NCBI GenBank assembly: GCA_964521295.1
Contig: CAZFRF010000001.1
Coordinates: 270,146-334,145 of the forward strand
Source: an uncultured Gammaproteobacteria bacterium
Lineage (GTDB): Bacteria; Patescibacteriota; Microgenomatia; Levybacterales; UBA12049
Direction of reading: 5' to 3'
DNA: 64,000 bases
Part shown: positions 11,682 through 22,099 of the stretch, in pieces
Position numbering within the stretch: the first letter of the stretch is position 1
Layout of the letters: every line of letters starts with the position of its first letter
Notes under the pieces: generated by a model
What the model saw: the letters and a program-made list of their open reading frames with translations, nothing else
What the model was told of the DNA's origin: nothing
Database searches by the model: none
Position numbers and translations under genes: made by a program

Positions 11682-13235
11682 TTATTTTGAATAGATTTTA
11701 ACATTTGTAACTAGATTTGTATGAATTAATTTCCAATTTCTAAACTCATTTGGCAAAGCTGTATTTTGAACTGCAATATATTTAAATCTATCACCCTTTT
11801 TATAATACGAGTAGTCAATAAAATTAAAATTTGCATAATATAAGTTATGAAATCCAATGGTTAATACCGTATCATTTTCCCCTAGATTAGTTTTAAAAAA
11901 ATTATCCGTATCATAAAAATCTCCAAAAGAAAAATTTAAATGTTTTACTAAAAATTGATCTTTTGTTTCTAAACCAACAATGTATGGCATGTATTTAACG
12001 CTTGCAATAAATCTATAAACTGTTGAGAAAATTGCAATGAAAATTAATAAAATAAACAATATATTTTTTAATACTTTAAATTCAAGCGAGTTATATACTA
12101 CTATAACCAGAATTGAAAAACCTGCAAGATAAGGCAGTAGGTACCTTGCGCCTCCAATTTGCCCGATTATATACCAAGTAACTAAACTTAATATGCAATA
12201 TAAAATCATTACCTTATTATTAAAATTTAACTTCTTATAAACAATAAGCAACAATGGGAAAATAATTATGTATAGTGGATTTATTGGATCAGAACTAAAT
12301 ACCCAAACGCTTATAAAACTTAATAAATCAAAAGAATGAGTAAATACAATTGATTTGGTAAATAAGGGGTAAAATGGATTTCCTGTGTTTAAATATGGAA
12401 TTATTAAACTTGGTAAAACAATAACAAAGGAAATAAATATAAATATGATCAAATATCTTAAAAACGAAATTAATTTTATTTTTTGGTAGTAAAAGACTAC
12501 AAGCAATAAACTGGAATAAATAAAAAGTGAAGAAACTGCTGACAACTTTACACAGATAGATAAGCCAACAAATAATCCCAAAAAAAAGATACTTTTGAAG
12601 GATTTTCTATTAATAAATTCAATAAAATAAGTTAGGGATAAGACCTCAAAAAATAACCATGCCAAATCCACATAGCTTGTATTAAGCTCCCATGCAAAAA
12701 CTAAATTCGAAGACAGAATAAGCGTTGATAGTAAAGATAGTTTTTCAGAAAAAAATTTACGTGATAGATTATAAATTGCAACTAATGCTAATATTCCAAA
12801 TAAAAAATGGATAATCTTTGTAGTAATTTCACTACCAAACATTAATGCAGGAATATACAGAATATCAACTAATTTTGGCATATCAGAATAATAAAAAAGA
12901 TTTCCTGGTATGTGGAAAATCATATGATGAGCTATAAAAATTTTGGGAATAGTTAAGTGATACCATAAGGCGTCAAATCCAATTTCTGGAGCAATTGTAC
13001 CGATTGAATAGATAGTTAATTGAATAAAAAGCAAAACAAGAAGTAATAAATTAGTTTTAATTTTTAAAATATTAGTTATTCTTAAATTAACTTTTAATTT
13101 AGTTAAAATAACTATGCAAAATACTAAATAGAAACCGGTTAATAGTAAAACATTTTGCGGATAAAGAAGCTTAAAAATTCCTAAAAAATAAATTAAATAT
13201 GAATAGATTCCAATTAATATTGCTATTTTAGACAT
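11682..13235 (-). CDS. GT-C superfamily (PMT/ArnT-like) membrane glycosyltransferase
   Basis: FDALWYHL, YVDL, TGNPFYP, RYLLP; many TM helices. Confidence 0.7.
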   Translation of the reverse strand: MSKIAILIGIYSYLIYFLGIFKLLYPQNVLLLTGFYLVFCIVILTKLKVNLRITNILKIKTNLLLLVLLFIQLTIYSIGTIAPEIGFDALWYHLTIPKIFIAHHMIFHIPGNLFYYSDMPKLVDILYIPALMFGSEITTKIIHFLFGILALVAIYNLSRKFFSEKLSLLSTLILSSNLVFAWELNTSYVDLAWLFFEVLSLTYFIEFINRKSFKSIFFLGLFVGLSICVKLSAVSSLFIYSSLLLVVFYYQKIKLISFLRYLIIFIFISFVIVLPSLIIPYLNTGNPFYPLFTKSIVFTHSFDLLSFISVWVFSSDPINPLYIIIFPLLLIVYKKLNFNNKVMILYCILSLVTWYIIGQIGGARYLLPYLAGFSILVIVVYNSLEFKVLKNILFILLIFIAIFSTVYRFIASVKYMPYIVGLETKDQFLVKHLNFSFGDFYDTDNFFKTNLGENDTVLTIGFHNLYYANFNFIDYSYYKKGDRFKYIAVQNTALPNEFRNWKLIHTNLVTNVKIYSK

Positions 13236-13302
13236 ATGTTTATTTTACAAAGTAAATTTAAAAAATAAATTAACAATATTATTAAAGAATAAACAATAAA
13301 TG

Positions 13303-14067
13303 TTAAGAAGTAGATTTTTTTTGCCATAACTGCCAAAGCTTTGCTCTAACTAAAAATGAATGAAGGCTCATCATCAAAGCAAGAATCAATCCTTCAATTT
13401 TGTCTAAGCATCCTAATTTAAGAAAATAATTTACTAGGAATTTACCCAATGGGTACATTATGATGTCACTGGCTTTAACCTTAATTTTATTACTGTATAA
13501 TTCATTTGCTCTAATTGTTGAATAAAAATTAATTTCACTTAAAAATTCGTTAATTGAAGAATGTGGAAAGTGATTTAAAACTCCTTCCAAATCTCCTATT
13601 TTCCCATCAATTATTAACCTCTCATGTACTTTTCCAACCCAAGCACCACTTCCCTTTTTAATAAGCCGTGCTAAAAAAACTTTTCCTACCTCTCCGTGCA
13701 AAAATTTCTTATTCCACATATAATCAATGCGCCTAATCATATATCCAGCGTATTTTCCTTCGTTATTTATGATTATTGAGTTAATTTCTTCCCTTAATTC
13801 CTTTGATAGCCTTTCATCGGCGTCAACAAATAGTATCCACTTTTTAGTAGCCTTAGATAAACCAAAATTTTTTTGTTTTGCGAAGTCAAAATCCAAATGA
13901 TTTTGATAAATTTTAATTTTCTGAGTATTAAAATTGTTAATTATCTCGAGCGTTCTGTCAGTTGAATAATCATCAATAATAATAATTTCATCGGCCCAAA
14001 TTACACTCTCTAGGCAATCGACTATATTTTTCTCTTCATTTTTAGTTAAAATTATTATGCTTAACAT
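13303..14067 (-). CDS. GT2 glycosyltransferase (WaaE/KdtX-like)
   Basis: SIIILTKNEE, DDYSTD, FVDADE, VHE. Confidence 0.92.
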   Translation of the reverse strand: MLSIIILTKNEEKNIVDCLESVIWADEIIIIDDYSTDRTLEIINNFNTQKIKIYQNHLDFDFAKQKNFGLSKATKKWILFVDADERLSKELREEINSIIINNEGKYAGYMIRRIDYMWNKKFLHGEVGKVFLARLIKKGSGAWVGKVHERLIIDGKIGDLEGVLNHFPHSSINEFLSEINFYSTIRANELYSNKIKVKASDIIMYPLGKFLVNYFLKLGCLDKIEGLILALMMSLHSFLVRAKLWQLWQKKSTS

Positions 14068-16255
14068 TTCTATCCCCTTTTATAATTTTAGTTCCAGATG
14101 GCGTTTCATACAAGATATATATCAAATTACTTTTTTGATCGATATTTCCTCCATAAAACCAAATTAAATATTTATAATAATCCAGAAAACTTATAAATTG
14201 ACTACCATCACCTTTTCCAACCAAACGCGCTCCTCTTCCATTAGAATCTTTAACGATGTATTTAGCGGCTTCATTTTTTGAAAAATATTTAACTTTATCT
14301 TCATAAGCTTGATAATATCCAGATGTATTAAGATAAATTAAATTAGTAAGAAGAGATGTGGCAATCAATGCTATAAAAATGATATTTAAAATCTTGCTTT
14401 TAAATATACTACCTAAAAAGGCAGAAACTAAAAGAATTAAGGGAATTATTAGAGAGTAAAGATAAGCATCAGACAAAGTTTTATTTATAAAAATACCCAA
14501 AACTAGAAAAAAACAAATTAAAATAATAATTACAAAACTGCCAGATTTTTTAATAAAAACTCTATAAAACCCATAAACGCTACTAATCAAAAATAAACTT
14601 AACGATATTAAACTAAATTGAATATAAAATAAGCGATTAATAAACTCACTGAAATAACTAACAATTGGACCCAAAGCAAATTCTGAATTAGAATTTAAGA
14701 AAATAGATGACGCTTTATATATTATCCATCCAGCAAAAACAAATGTTTGAGGAAATCCATTTTTTAAATCAAATATTAAAATCGGTATTAACGGGATAAT
14801 TACTGAAACAAGGGACAATATTACTATCTTGTGATTCTTTAGAGATGTAACCCAATTCTTTTTTTTTATTAAACCATAAACAAAAAATAATAATGTAATA
14901 AAAATAAAGATTACAGTTTGTAATTCGAAATTATATAAAAGCGCAAGAAGTAATAAAAGTAAAGGAAAATACATAAAATTACCCTTGGTCCATTTATATA
15001 AAGAGTAAATTGTTAAAATTGTTAGAAAAGGAATTAAGCTTGTATGATATGACATCCTAGATGCCATAATTACATATGGGGAAAATGCATAAAATACTGA
15101 AGCTACCAAACCAGTAGTATTGTTAAATATTCTGGAGGATAATTTATAAACTAAACTTAAAGTTATTAAATCAAGAAACACCGTAAAAAACACAGGGGAT
15201 AAGGGATTAAAATTAAAAACTTTGAAAATTGCTGCTAAAACATATGTCCATAATGCTCCTTGATGTAACCATAAGTGACTTGACGTTATTCCAACTAATG
15301 GTAATTCATTTAGTAGCAGCATATCTCTTGCTGACAAATAAAACCAACCCTGGTCACCAATTCCCAGATTGATTACTGAAGATAAATGGAATATTCGCAT
15401 AGAAGCTGCAAAAACAAAAATTAAGAGAAATATCAAATTATTGATATTTATACTTAAAAATAGATTTAATACTAAAGATTTAAATAACCCAAATTTTTTT
15501 TGAAAATAGTAATTCCTACTTTCTATAAAAATCTCATTTTTATTTTCTAATAACTTTGTCGAGGTTCCCCATTTATGCACTAACTTTAACCTAGAATCAA
15601 TAAATATTTCATAACCCAATGCTCTTACTCTATCGCACAAATCAAACTCTTCGAAATATAAAAAGAATTTTTCATCAAATCCTCCAACTTCAATAAAGAC
15701 TCTTGTTCTAATAACAAACGCCGTGCCAGGAACATTATCTACCCTTGTCGGCTTATTAACATTCCATTTCTTTGTCCAATACTTCTTAGATATAAAATTA
15801 TTAGGGAATATCTTGTCTAAAAAAGAAAATTTTACTACTGCATCAAAAAAATTAACATTCTTGGCTCCTTGGCTCATAATCGATTTGTTGGAATTTAATA
15901 AAAGTGGAGCTACAATCCCTATGTTTGTTTTTTTACTAAATTCTTTGTAAATTGTGGATAAAATATTTTGCGTAAAAACTACATCCGGATTAAGAATAAA
16001 TAAAAATTCTCCTTTGGCATGCTTTGCGCCATAATTAACTCCTGATCCATAACCCAAATTTCTACCAGAATTAAAGTAAATTAGATTTTTATATTTAGTT
16101 AATTTACTTTTTACCGAAGTGTCTTCACTGTTATCTACGATAATTACTTCAAATAGATTTTCTGGATTGAATTCGTACAAGCTGTCTAACGTAATTATTA
16201 AGTCTTGTTCATTTTTATAATAAACAATTATTATCGAATATTTAAAATTTTTCAT
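14042..16255 (-). CDS. Fusion of GT2 (WbbL-like) and GT-C (ArnT/PMT-like) domains
   Basis: N-terminal ~265 aa: VDNS, NLGYG, LNPD, GGFDEKFFLYFEEFDLC. C-terminal part: GDQGWFY, HQG and many TM helices. Confidence 0.8.
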   Translation of the reverse strand: MKNFKYSIIIVYYKNEQDLIITLDSLYEFNPENLFEVIIVDNSEDTSVKSKLTKYKNLIYFNSGRNLGYGSGVNYGAKHAKGEFLFILNPDVVFTQNILSTIYKEFSKKTNIGIVAPLLLNSNKSIMSQGAKNVNFFDAVVKFSFLDKIFPNNFISKKYWTKKWNVNKPTRVDNVPGTAFVIRTRVFIEVGGFDEKFFLYFEEFDLCDRVRALGYEIFIDSRLKLVHKWGTSTKLLENKNEIFIESRNYYFQKKFGLFKSLVLNLFLSININNLIFLLIFVFAASMRIFHLSSVINLGIGDQGWFYLSARDMLLLNELPLVGITSSHLWLHQGALWTYVLAAIFKVFNFNPLSPVFFTVFLDLITLSLVYKLSSRIFNNTTGLVASVFYAFSPYVIMASRMSYHTSLIPFLTILTIYSLYKWTKGNFMYFPLLLLLLALLYNFELQTVIFIFITLLFFVYGLIKKKNWVTSLKNHKIVILSLVSVIIPLIPILIFDLKNGFPQTFVFAGWIIYKASSIFLNSNSEFALGPIVSYFSEFINRLFYIQFSLISLSLFLISSVYGFYRVFIKKSGSFVIIILICFFLVLGIFINKTLSDAYLYSLIIPLILLVSAFLGSIFKSKILNIIFIALIATSLLTNLIYLNTSGYYQAYEDKVKYFSKNEAAKYIVKDSNGRGARLVGKGDGSQFISFLDYYKYLIWFYGGNIDQKSNLIYILYETPSGTKIIKGDRNVKHNNFN

Positions 16256-17805
16256 TTTGCTTTATATACATAAACTAGCACTGCATTACTTACTTTTACT
16301 TCATAAACGAGATTATATTTTTTCCTTATTTTTTCGTCGTTAAAACCATCTCTAATTATATGATAATGATTAACAACCACATAATCGTATTCTGACTCAT
16401 CATTATATCTTGAATAATTAAAAATGGGATTTTTGGGAAATGTAATTTCCGGTGAAATAGCTAATCCAATTCTCGAATTATCAATGGCATTTTTATTCAA
16501 ATATATCCCGGCTTCTCTTTGCCCTTGGCCCCACCAGCCAATCTGGAATAGGTTGTATTTATATACATTATCTACTCCCCCAATTAATTCATTATAATAG
16601 TCTAAATAATAAGGGGAAACATATACTAAGCTAAGTAATAGATATATTCCAAAGAAAATTAAAATAATTATTTTCTGAAGATACCTTAGTCTTTCTAAGA
16701 CAAAATTCAACCCAACTGCTGAAATAATTGCAATTGCTGGATATATTTCAATAATATATCTAAGCCCATGCTGTCTCCATGAATAGAAAGAAAGCAGGAA
16801 AGGCACTATAAACCATAAAACAATTAGCCACTTTTGATAATTAATACTCTTTAAAACCTTAATCAAGCCTAGGAAAAACAAAACAATTATCACAACTGGT
16901 ATCGAGATAAAAAAATATACTAAATAATAAAAAATAGGCGTTATCCTTAAACTACCCATAAATACTTCTGGCGGTGACAGGGTAAAAATTAATGGGTTAG
17001 GTGAAAATTTAACCGACCAAAGCTTGTCATTTATCTCCATAATTTCTGAAAAATGAAGAACTGCCTGTGGCCAAACTGCAATAAAAACAAAACAAGAAAT
17101 AATAAAAACTTGAATAAAAATTTTAAAATATTTTTTAATATGCTCTTTTTTTTCTTTTTTTATAAAACTTTTACACTTAAACCACATTGCAAAACCAAGA
17201 ATTATAAAAAGAAGCAGATCACTCTGCTTTGCTTGCAATGCAAAACCTGTTAACACTCCTGCTAACAATATTCTTTTCTTAGTAGTTTCCTCTAATAACA
17301 ATAAATAAGAATATATTGCAATTGGATATATAAAAAGTTTTAAGCTTTCTGCAGTCACCAATTGAGACAATCCAACCGTAAAAGGCAACATTAAGTAAAT
17401 AAAACCACTTATTATACCTATATTAAAATTGAATATCTTACCTGAGATTAAAATTACAAATAATAATCCAATTGAAAACAAAACTGCTGATAAAATACGT
17501 GAAAACGTATAATCATAATTAAAAATTGCATTATTCTTAACAGTGGCTTCCTTGTCAAACACGGCACTTACTCCATAGATATATTTAACTAAAGGCGGAT
17601 GATCATATGATGTATAAAAATATTCATTATTAAAATCTCCCTTTTCAAAAATTTTAATAAATTTATATCCTTGCTCTATATATACGCTTTCATCCCAAGT
17701 CCTTCCAATTTCATTTAAGGTTGACAACCTTACTACTAACGAAAAGACAAAGAATAAGAATAAAATGAATACTTTTTTATAGATAATATTAATTTGCAAA
17801 TTCAT
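16252..17805 (-). CDS. GT-C superfamily (family 39-like) membrane glycosyltransferase
   Basis: TWDE, DHPPLVKY, LRYI, PYYLDYYNELIGG. Confidence 0.75.
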   Translation of the reverse strand: MNLQINIIYKKVFILFLFFVFSLVVRLSTLNEIGRTWDESVYIEQGYKFIKIFEKGDFNNEYFYTSYDHPPLVKYIYGVSAVFDKEATVKNNAIFNYDYTFSRILSAVLFSIGLLFVILISGKIFNFNIGIISGFIYLMLPFTVGLSQLVTAESLKLFIYPIAIYSYLLLLEETTKKRILLAGVLTGFALQAKQSDLLLFIILGFAMWFKCKSFIKKEKKEHIKKYFKIFIQVFIISCFVFIAVWPQAVLHFSEIMEINDKLWSVKFSPNPLIFTLSPPEVFMGSLRITPIFYYLVYFFISIPVVIIVLFFLGLIKVLKSINYQKWLIVLWFIVPFLLSFYSWRQHGLRYIIEIYPAIAIISAVGLNFVLERLRYLQKIIILIFFGIYLLLSLVYVSPYYLDYYNELIGGVDNVYKYNLFQIGWWGQGQREAGIYLNKNAIDNSRIGLAISPEITFPKNPIFNYSRYNDESEYDYVVVNHYHIIRDGFNDEKIRKKYNLVYEVKVSNAVLVYVYKAK

Positions 17806-18904
17806 TTTTTATAAAACTAGTTTTACTTATTAATAATTTTTCTAACTCTTTTCCTTTGATTTTCCAATCCCATCTTTCAACCATTTCTTTTCTAGCATTC
17901 ATTCCCATTTTTTTTATTATATTTTCATTTCTTAATAGTCCGTCAATTTTTTGTGCAAATATTTTTGCATTCCGATTTAATAAATATCCTGTTTTAGAAT
18001 CAACTATTGTTTCTTGATGTCCCGCTTCATCAACTGCAATTACTGGCACACCACAAGACATTGCCTCCAGAGGAACCATACCCATTGGCTCCTTATAAGA
18101 TACAGAGATTAATATTTTAGATTTTCTATATACATTTATTAATTCATAATCCGATAACCACTCGTTTTCGAAAACAACGGCTCTAATCTTGGGGCTTAAT
18201 TCCATATTTTCAATGGTTTTCCTAAAAAAAGGATAACCATCTAGCTTATCAAAAGAACCAATAAATAATAAATCGAATTCTTTTTTTATTTTTTTTGGAA
18301 AGAATTGTTTTACATTAACTCCACAATGAACAACATCTCCATCGACCCCGTAAATTTTTTTAAATTGCCTTCGGGTATAATTTGAATTAAAAATAATATG
18401 GCAGGCGGATTTAATATTAAAAATATCAAGTTTTTTTCTTATATATCTATTTAAATTTTCGTAATACGTTCTAAATATGTCAACATTTACTGGTTTAAAT
18501 AGTTCTGGCTCATAAATGATTCTGTAATATGGATCATGGCAATAAAAAAACGAGGGTACTTTAAGATATTTTAAAATAAAAGGAGATTCAATAAATTGTG
18601 AGGCACAAACAAACACTAAATCATATTTTATACCAATATCTTTTCCTATTTTCCTATTTAAATTATTTAATTTTATAAGTTCAACTGTATCTTTATATAA
18701 TCTTACAAAAGGATTATTCCCTGTCCATTTTTTGACATGAAAAGAATATGAATAAATACGTGAATAAAAAGATTCTTCATTTTTTATAAAATCTATTGTG
18801 TATAAATCTACAGTATGACCAAGAATTTTAAGTTGCCTTGCGAACTCATTCGTAGACCTTCTTGCTCCTCCTTTATGTAATTCATGATAAACAGCTATTT
18901 TCAT
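17789..18904 (-). CDS. GT4 glycosyltransferase
   Basis: GGARR N-terminus; EPMGMVPLEAMSCGVPVI. Confidence 0.92.
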   Translation of the reverse strand: MKIAVYHELHKGGARRSTNEFARQLKILGHTVDLYTIDFIKNEESFYSRIYSYSFHVKKWTGNNPFVRLYKDTVELIKLNNLNRKIGKDIGIKYDLVFVCASQFIESPFILKYLKVPSFFYCHDPYYRIIYEPELFKPVNVDIFRTYYENLNRYIRKKLDIFNIKSACHIIFNSNYTRRQFKKIYGVDGDVVHCGVNVKQFFPKKIKKEFDLLFIGSFDKLDGYPFFRKTIENMELSPKIRAVVFENEWLSDYELINVYRKSKILISVSYKEPMGMVPLEAMSCGVPVIAVDEAGHQETIVDSKTGYLLNRNAKIFAQKIDGLLRNENIIKKMGMNARKEMVERWDWKIKGKELEKLLISKTSFIKNEFAN

Positions 18905-20124
18905 TTATTATTAAAAATTTTCCTTAAGAAATATAAGGAAACTGGAATAGGCACGATAACACCTAAGAGGGCAGCGAATGCAACGCCAAGTAATCCAAAA
19001 TAGGTTATTAAAGGGAAAATACATATTACTAAAACAATCAGGTTAATTAACGTAATTATTGATGAATAAATTTGCTTATTTACCGACAAAAACACAATTG
19101 CAGGAAAACCAAAGATTGAATGAACTACGCCCAATACGACTAAGATTTTTAAAATATTTACCATTGGTAACCATTGTTTTCCTAAAAAAAACTCAATCAA
19201 ACCATTAGCAAAGAAAAAAACAACAAAGCCAAATGGAACCGTTATCAATATCAATAATAATTCCGTTTTCAAAAAAGCTTTTCTTAACCTTTCTAAATCA
19301 TCAGAAAACTTTGAATATACCGGAAAAGTTACCCTTGAGATAACATCCGCAACATCTGTAATAGGTAACATTGCAATATTGTAAGACATCTCATACAAGC
19401 CAAGATTGTAAGTTCCTAGAAATTTACCAACAATAATATTGTCTAAATTATGAAACAAATAATTAAAAATTCCGCTTAACGTAACCCACTTACCTTGGTT
19501 GATTATTCTATAAATGTATAAACGTTTAAATTTTATCTGAGGCCTTGGTTTTATCAATAAAAAAGAAAGAATTACTTGAAAAATTACACCAGTTAACATG
19601 CCTATAACCAGACCAGAAATATTCTTAATTATTAAAACCAAAAATATTGTTGCCAACATGTCTATGAATGCTATTGACATTCTATAAATAAAATCTTTAT
19701 CAAAATTAATTTCTTTTTGAAATTTAATCTCTGCAGGATTAATAAACCCTCTTATTAAAGGTACAAAACTAAATAGAATTAAAATATTTTTTATATGCGG
19801 GGCCTTAAAAAAATCAGCAATAAACCCCGAAAATATTATAAATACAAAGAAAATTATAAAACCTCTAGCAATTGATACAATCCATGCAGAATTAATATAT
19901 TTACTCAAATTTTCCTTTTTTTGTATTAAAAAAACATTTACTCCTGTTTCTGTTAATGTTTCTAATAAGGCTAATATTAATAATGAAATACCAAAATCAC
20001 CAAATTCTCGTGGGGTTAAAATTCTAGCTAATATTAAAATTTTTAATAATGAAATACCTCTTATAAATATACTTTGGGCCCATGCCCACGAAAGACCATG
20101 AATAGTTCTAGAAGAATAACCCAT
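18901..20124 (-). CDS. Wzx-type oligosaccharide flippase
   Basis: ILARILTPREFG, NLDNIIVGKFLG..LGLY, FPVYS; about 12 TM helices. Confidence 0.9.
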   Translation of the reverse strand: MGYSSRTIHGLSWAWAQSIFIRGISLLKILILARILTPREFGDFGISLLILALLETLTETGVNVFLIQKKENLSKYINSAWIVSIARGFIIFFVFIIFSGFIADFFKAPHIKNILILFSFVPLIRGFINPAEIKFQKEINFDKDFIYRMSIAFIDMLATIFLVLIIKNISGLVIGMLTGVIFQVILSFLLIKPRPQIKFKRLYIYRIINQGKWVTLSGIFNYLFHNLDNIIVGKFLGTYNLGLYEMSYNIAMLPITDVADVISRVTFPVYSKFSDDLERLRKAFLKTELLLILITVPFGFVVFFFANGLIEFFLGKQWLPMVNILKILVVLGVVHSIFGFPAIVFLSVNKQIYSSIITLINLIVLVICIFPLITYFGLLGVAFAALLGVIVPIPVSLYFLRKIFNNK

Positions 20125-20181
20125 ATTGGTGATTGAAATTATAACATTTTCATGTTTATAATAATATGCTGCCCCATAAAA

Positions 20182-21396
20182 ATGAAAATTAACCAGTGTA
20201 GATCTTGTGGATCAAAGAATTTATTAAAAATAGTATCTTTAGGTAAACAGTATTTGTCTGACTTTACTAAGACGAATAAGAAACCTAAATCCTTCCCCTT
20301 GACAATGATGGTATGTAAAAAATGTTTTCTAGTCCAATTAGACTACAATACTCCACAAAAATATTTATATACTCCTAGATATGGGTACAAATCAGGCATA
20401 AACCAAACAATGCACGATGAATTAAGAGGCATTGCTCAAGAAGCGTTTAAAAAAATCAAAAAAACAAAGGAAAAAATTGTAGTAATCGATATTGGCGCTA
20501 ACGATGGCACTCTACTAAGCTACTACCCAAAAAATCTACATAGAATTGCTGTTGAACCAATAAAAAAACTTGCAGAAATATCAAAGAAGCATGCTAATGA
20601 GGTTGTAAATAATTTCTTTAGTTATGAATCCTACAAAAGAAAGACAAAAAATTTACATGCAGATGTTATTTCTGCAATATCTTGCTTCTATGATATGGAA
20701 GATCCAAACAAATTTGTTGCTGATGTAAAGAAAATAATGAAAGAAGATGGAATTTTTATAATTCAACAAAATTATTTAGTTAGTATGTTAAAAATAAATG
20801 CATTCGACAATATCGTCCATGAACATTTAGAATATTACTCCTTACTATCCTTAAATAATCTTTTAGAAAAACATGGCATGGAAGTATTTGATGTTGAAAC
20901 AAGAACTTTAAACGGCGGAAGCTTCAGAACATATATTGCGCTAAAAGGGAAGAGAAAAATATCTAAAAGTGTTTTAGAGATGCAGAAGACGGAAAAAAGG
21001 CTAAAATTAAATAATAAGAAAATTTACCTCGATTTCGCTAAAAGAATCGCAAAAGAAAAAGAAAAAATTACAGAGTTTATTAAAAAAGAAGTTAAAAAAG
21101 GAAAAAGAGTTTATTTATATGGAGCTTCAACTCGAGGCAATACAATGCTTCAGTACTTTGGTCTTGACCATAAGCTTATTCAATTTGCAGTCGAAAGAAA
21201 TCCAGAAAAATTCGGAAAAATAATATCCTCAGTTGGGATACCAATTATTTCTGAGGAACAGGCCAGGAAAGATAAGCCAGAGTATATGTTAGTATTACCA
21301 TGGTTTTTCAAAGAAGAATTTCTAAAGAGAGAAAAAGATTATCTAAAAAAAGGCGGTCATTTTATCTTCCCCTTGCCTAAATTGGAAATTATCTAG
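20182..21396 (+). CDS. NDP-sugar C-methyltransferase (Zn-binding N-terminus, class I SAM domain)
   Basis: CRSC...CKKC, DIGANDG, HEHLEYYS, GGSFR, YGASTRGN, LVLPW. Start set at MKINQC. Confidence 0.88.
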   Translation: MKINQCRSCGSKNLLKIVSLGKQYLSDFTKTNKKPKSFPLTMMVCKKCFLVQLDYNTPQKYLYTPRYGYKSGINQTMHDELRGIAQEAFKKIKKTKEKIVVIDIGANDGTLLSYYPKNLHRIAVEPIKKLAEISKKHANEVVNNFFSYESYKRKTKNLHADVISAISCFYDMEDPNKFVADVKKIMKEDGIFIIQQNYLVSMLKINAFDNIVHEHLEYYSLLSLNNLLEKHGMEVFDVETRTLNGGSFRTYIALKGKRKISKSVLEMQKTEKRLKLNNKKIYLDFAKRIAKEKEKITEFIKKEVKKGKRVYLYGASTRGNTMLQYFGLDHKLIQFAVERNPEKFGKIISSVGIPIISEEQARKDKPEYMLVLPWFFKEEFLKREKDYLKKGGHFIFPLPKLEII

Positions 21397-22099
21397 TTAA
21401 TCTTAATTTAATAACATAAAACAAAGAAACTAATAGCTCTTGAATGTTAACATTTGATTTTCCATAAATTCTATAATTCCAAGTAATTGGTACCTCGCCG
21501 ATTAGGAATTTTTGTTTATTAATTTTATATAAAACTTCCGATAAAGTAATAAAGCCCTTTGATTCAATTCTTGTTTTTAACAAATAATCAATACTTTTTC
21601 TTGAATACAACCTAAAACCACTTGTAAAATCAGATACTTTAACATTTAACCAAAATTTTAAATAAAAATTTATAACTCTACTTAATATTGTTCTATTTTT
21701 TGTAATATTTTTAATTCTACTTCCTTTCAAGTATCTCGATCCAATAACCAAATCATATTGATTAGTTTTAATTTTATTTATAAATCTTTTAATTTCTGCT
21801 GCATCATGAGCTAAATCAGAATCCATCTCTAGGAAATAATGTATGTTTTTTAATTTATAAGCTTCCCTGAAGCCCAACATTACTGCACTTCCTCTTCCAG
21901 ACTTTTTCATACGTGAAATAAGCTTAACATTTGTATACAAACGCATGGCTTTTTTAATTTTTTCATTCTCTTCGGGCCTAGAATCATCTATTATAAAAAT
22001 CTTAAAAGAGGGATATGAATTCTTAATTTTTTTTACCAAAATTTTAAGGTTTTCGGATTCATTGTAGGATGGAATAATAACAGCAAAATTATTTTTCAT
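21389..22099 (-). CDS. GT2, polyprenol-phosphate glycosyltransferase (DPM1-like)
   Basis: IIPSYNE, MDSDLAH, IGSRY, DFTSGFRLY, R..GKS. Confidence 0.9.
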   Translation of the reverse strand: MKNNFAVIIPSYNESENLKILVKKIKNSYPSFKIFIIDDSRPEENEKIKKAMRLYTNVKLISRMKKSGRGSAVMLGFREAYKLKNIHYFLEMDSDLAHDAAEIKRFINKIKTNQYDLVIGSRYLKGSRIKNITKNRTILSRVINFYLKFWLNVKVSDFTSGFRLYSRKSIDYLLKTRIESKGFITLSEVLYKINKQKFLIGEVPITWNYRIYGKSNVNIQELLVSLFYVIKLRLTR

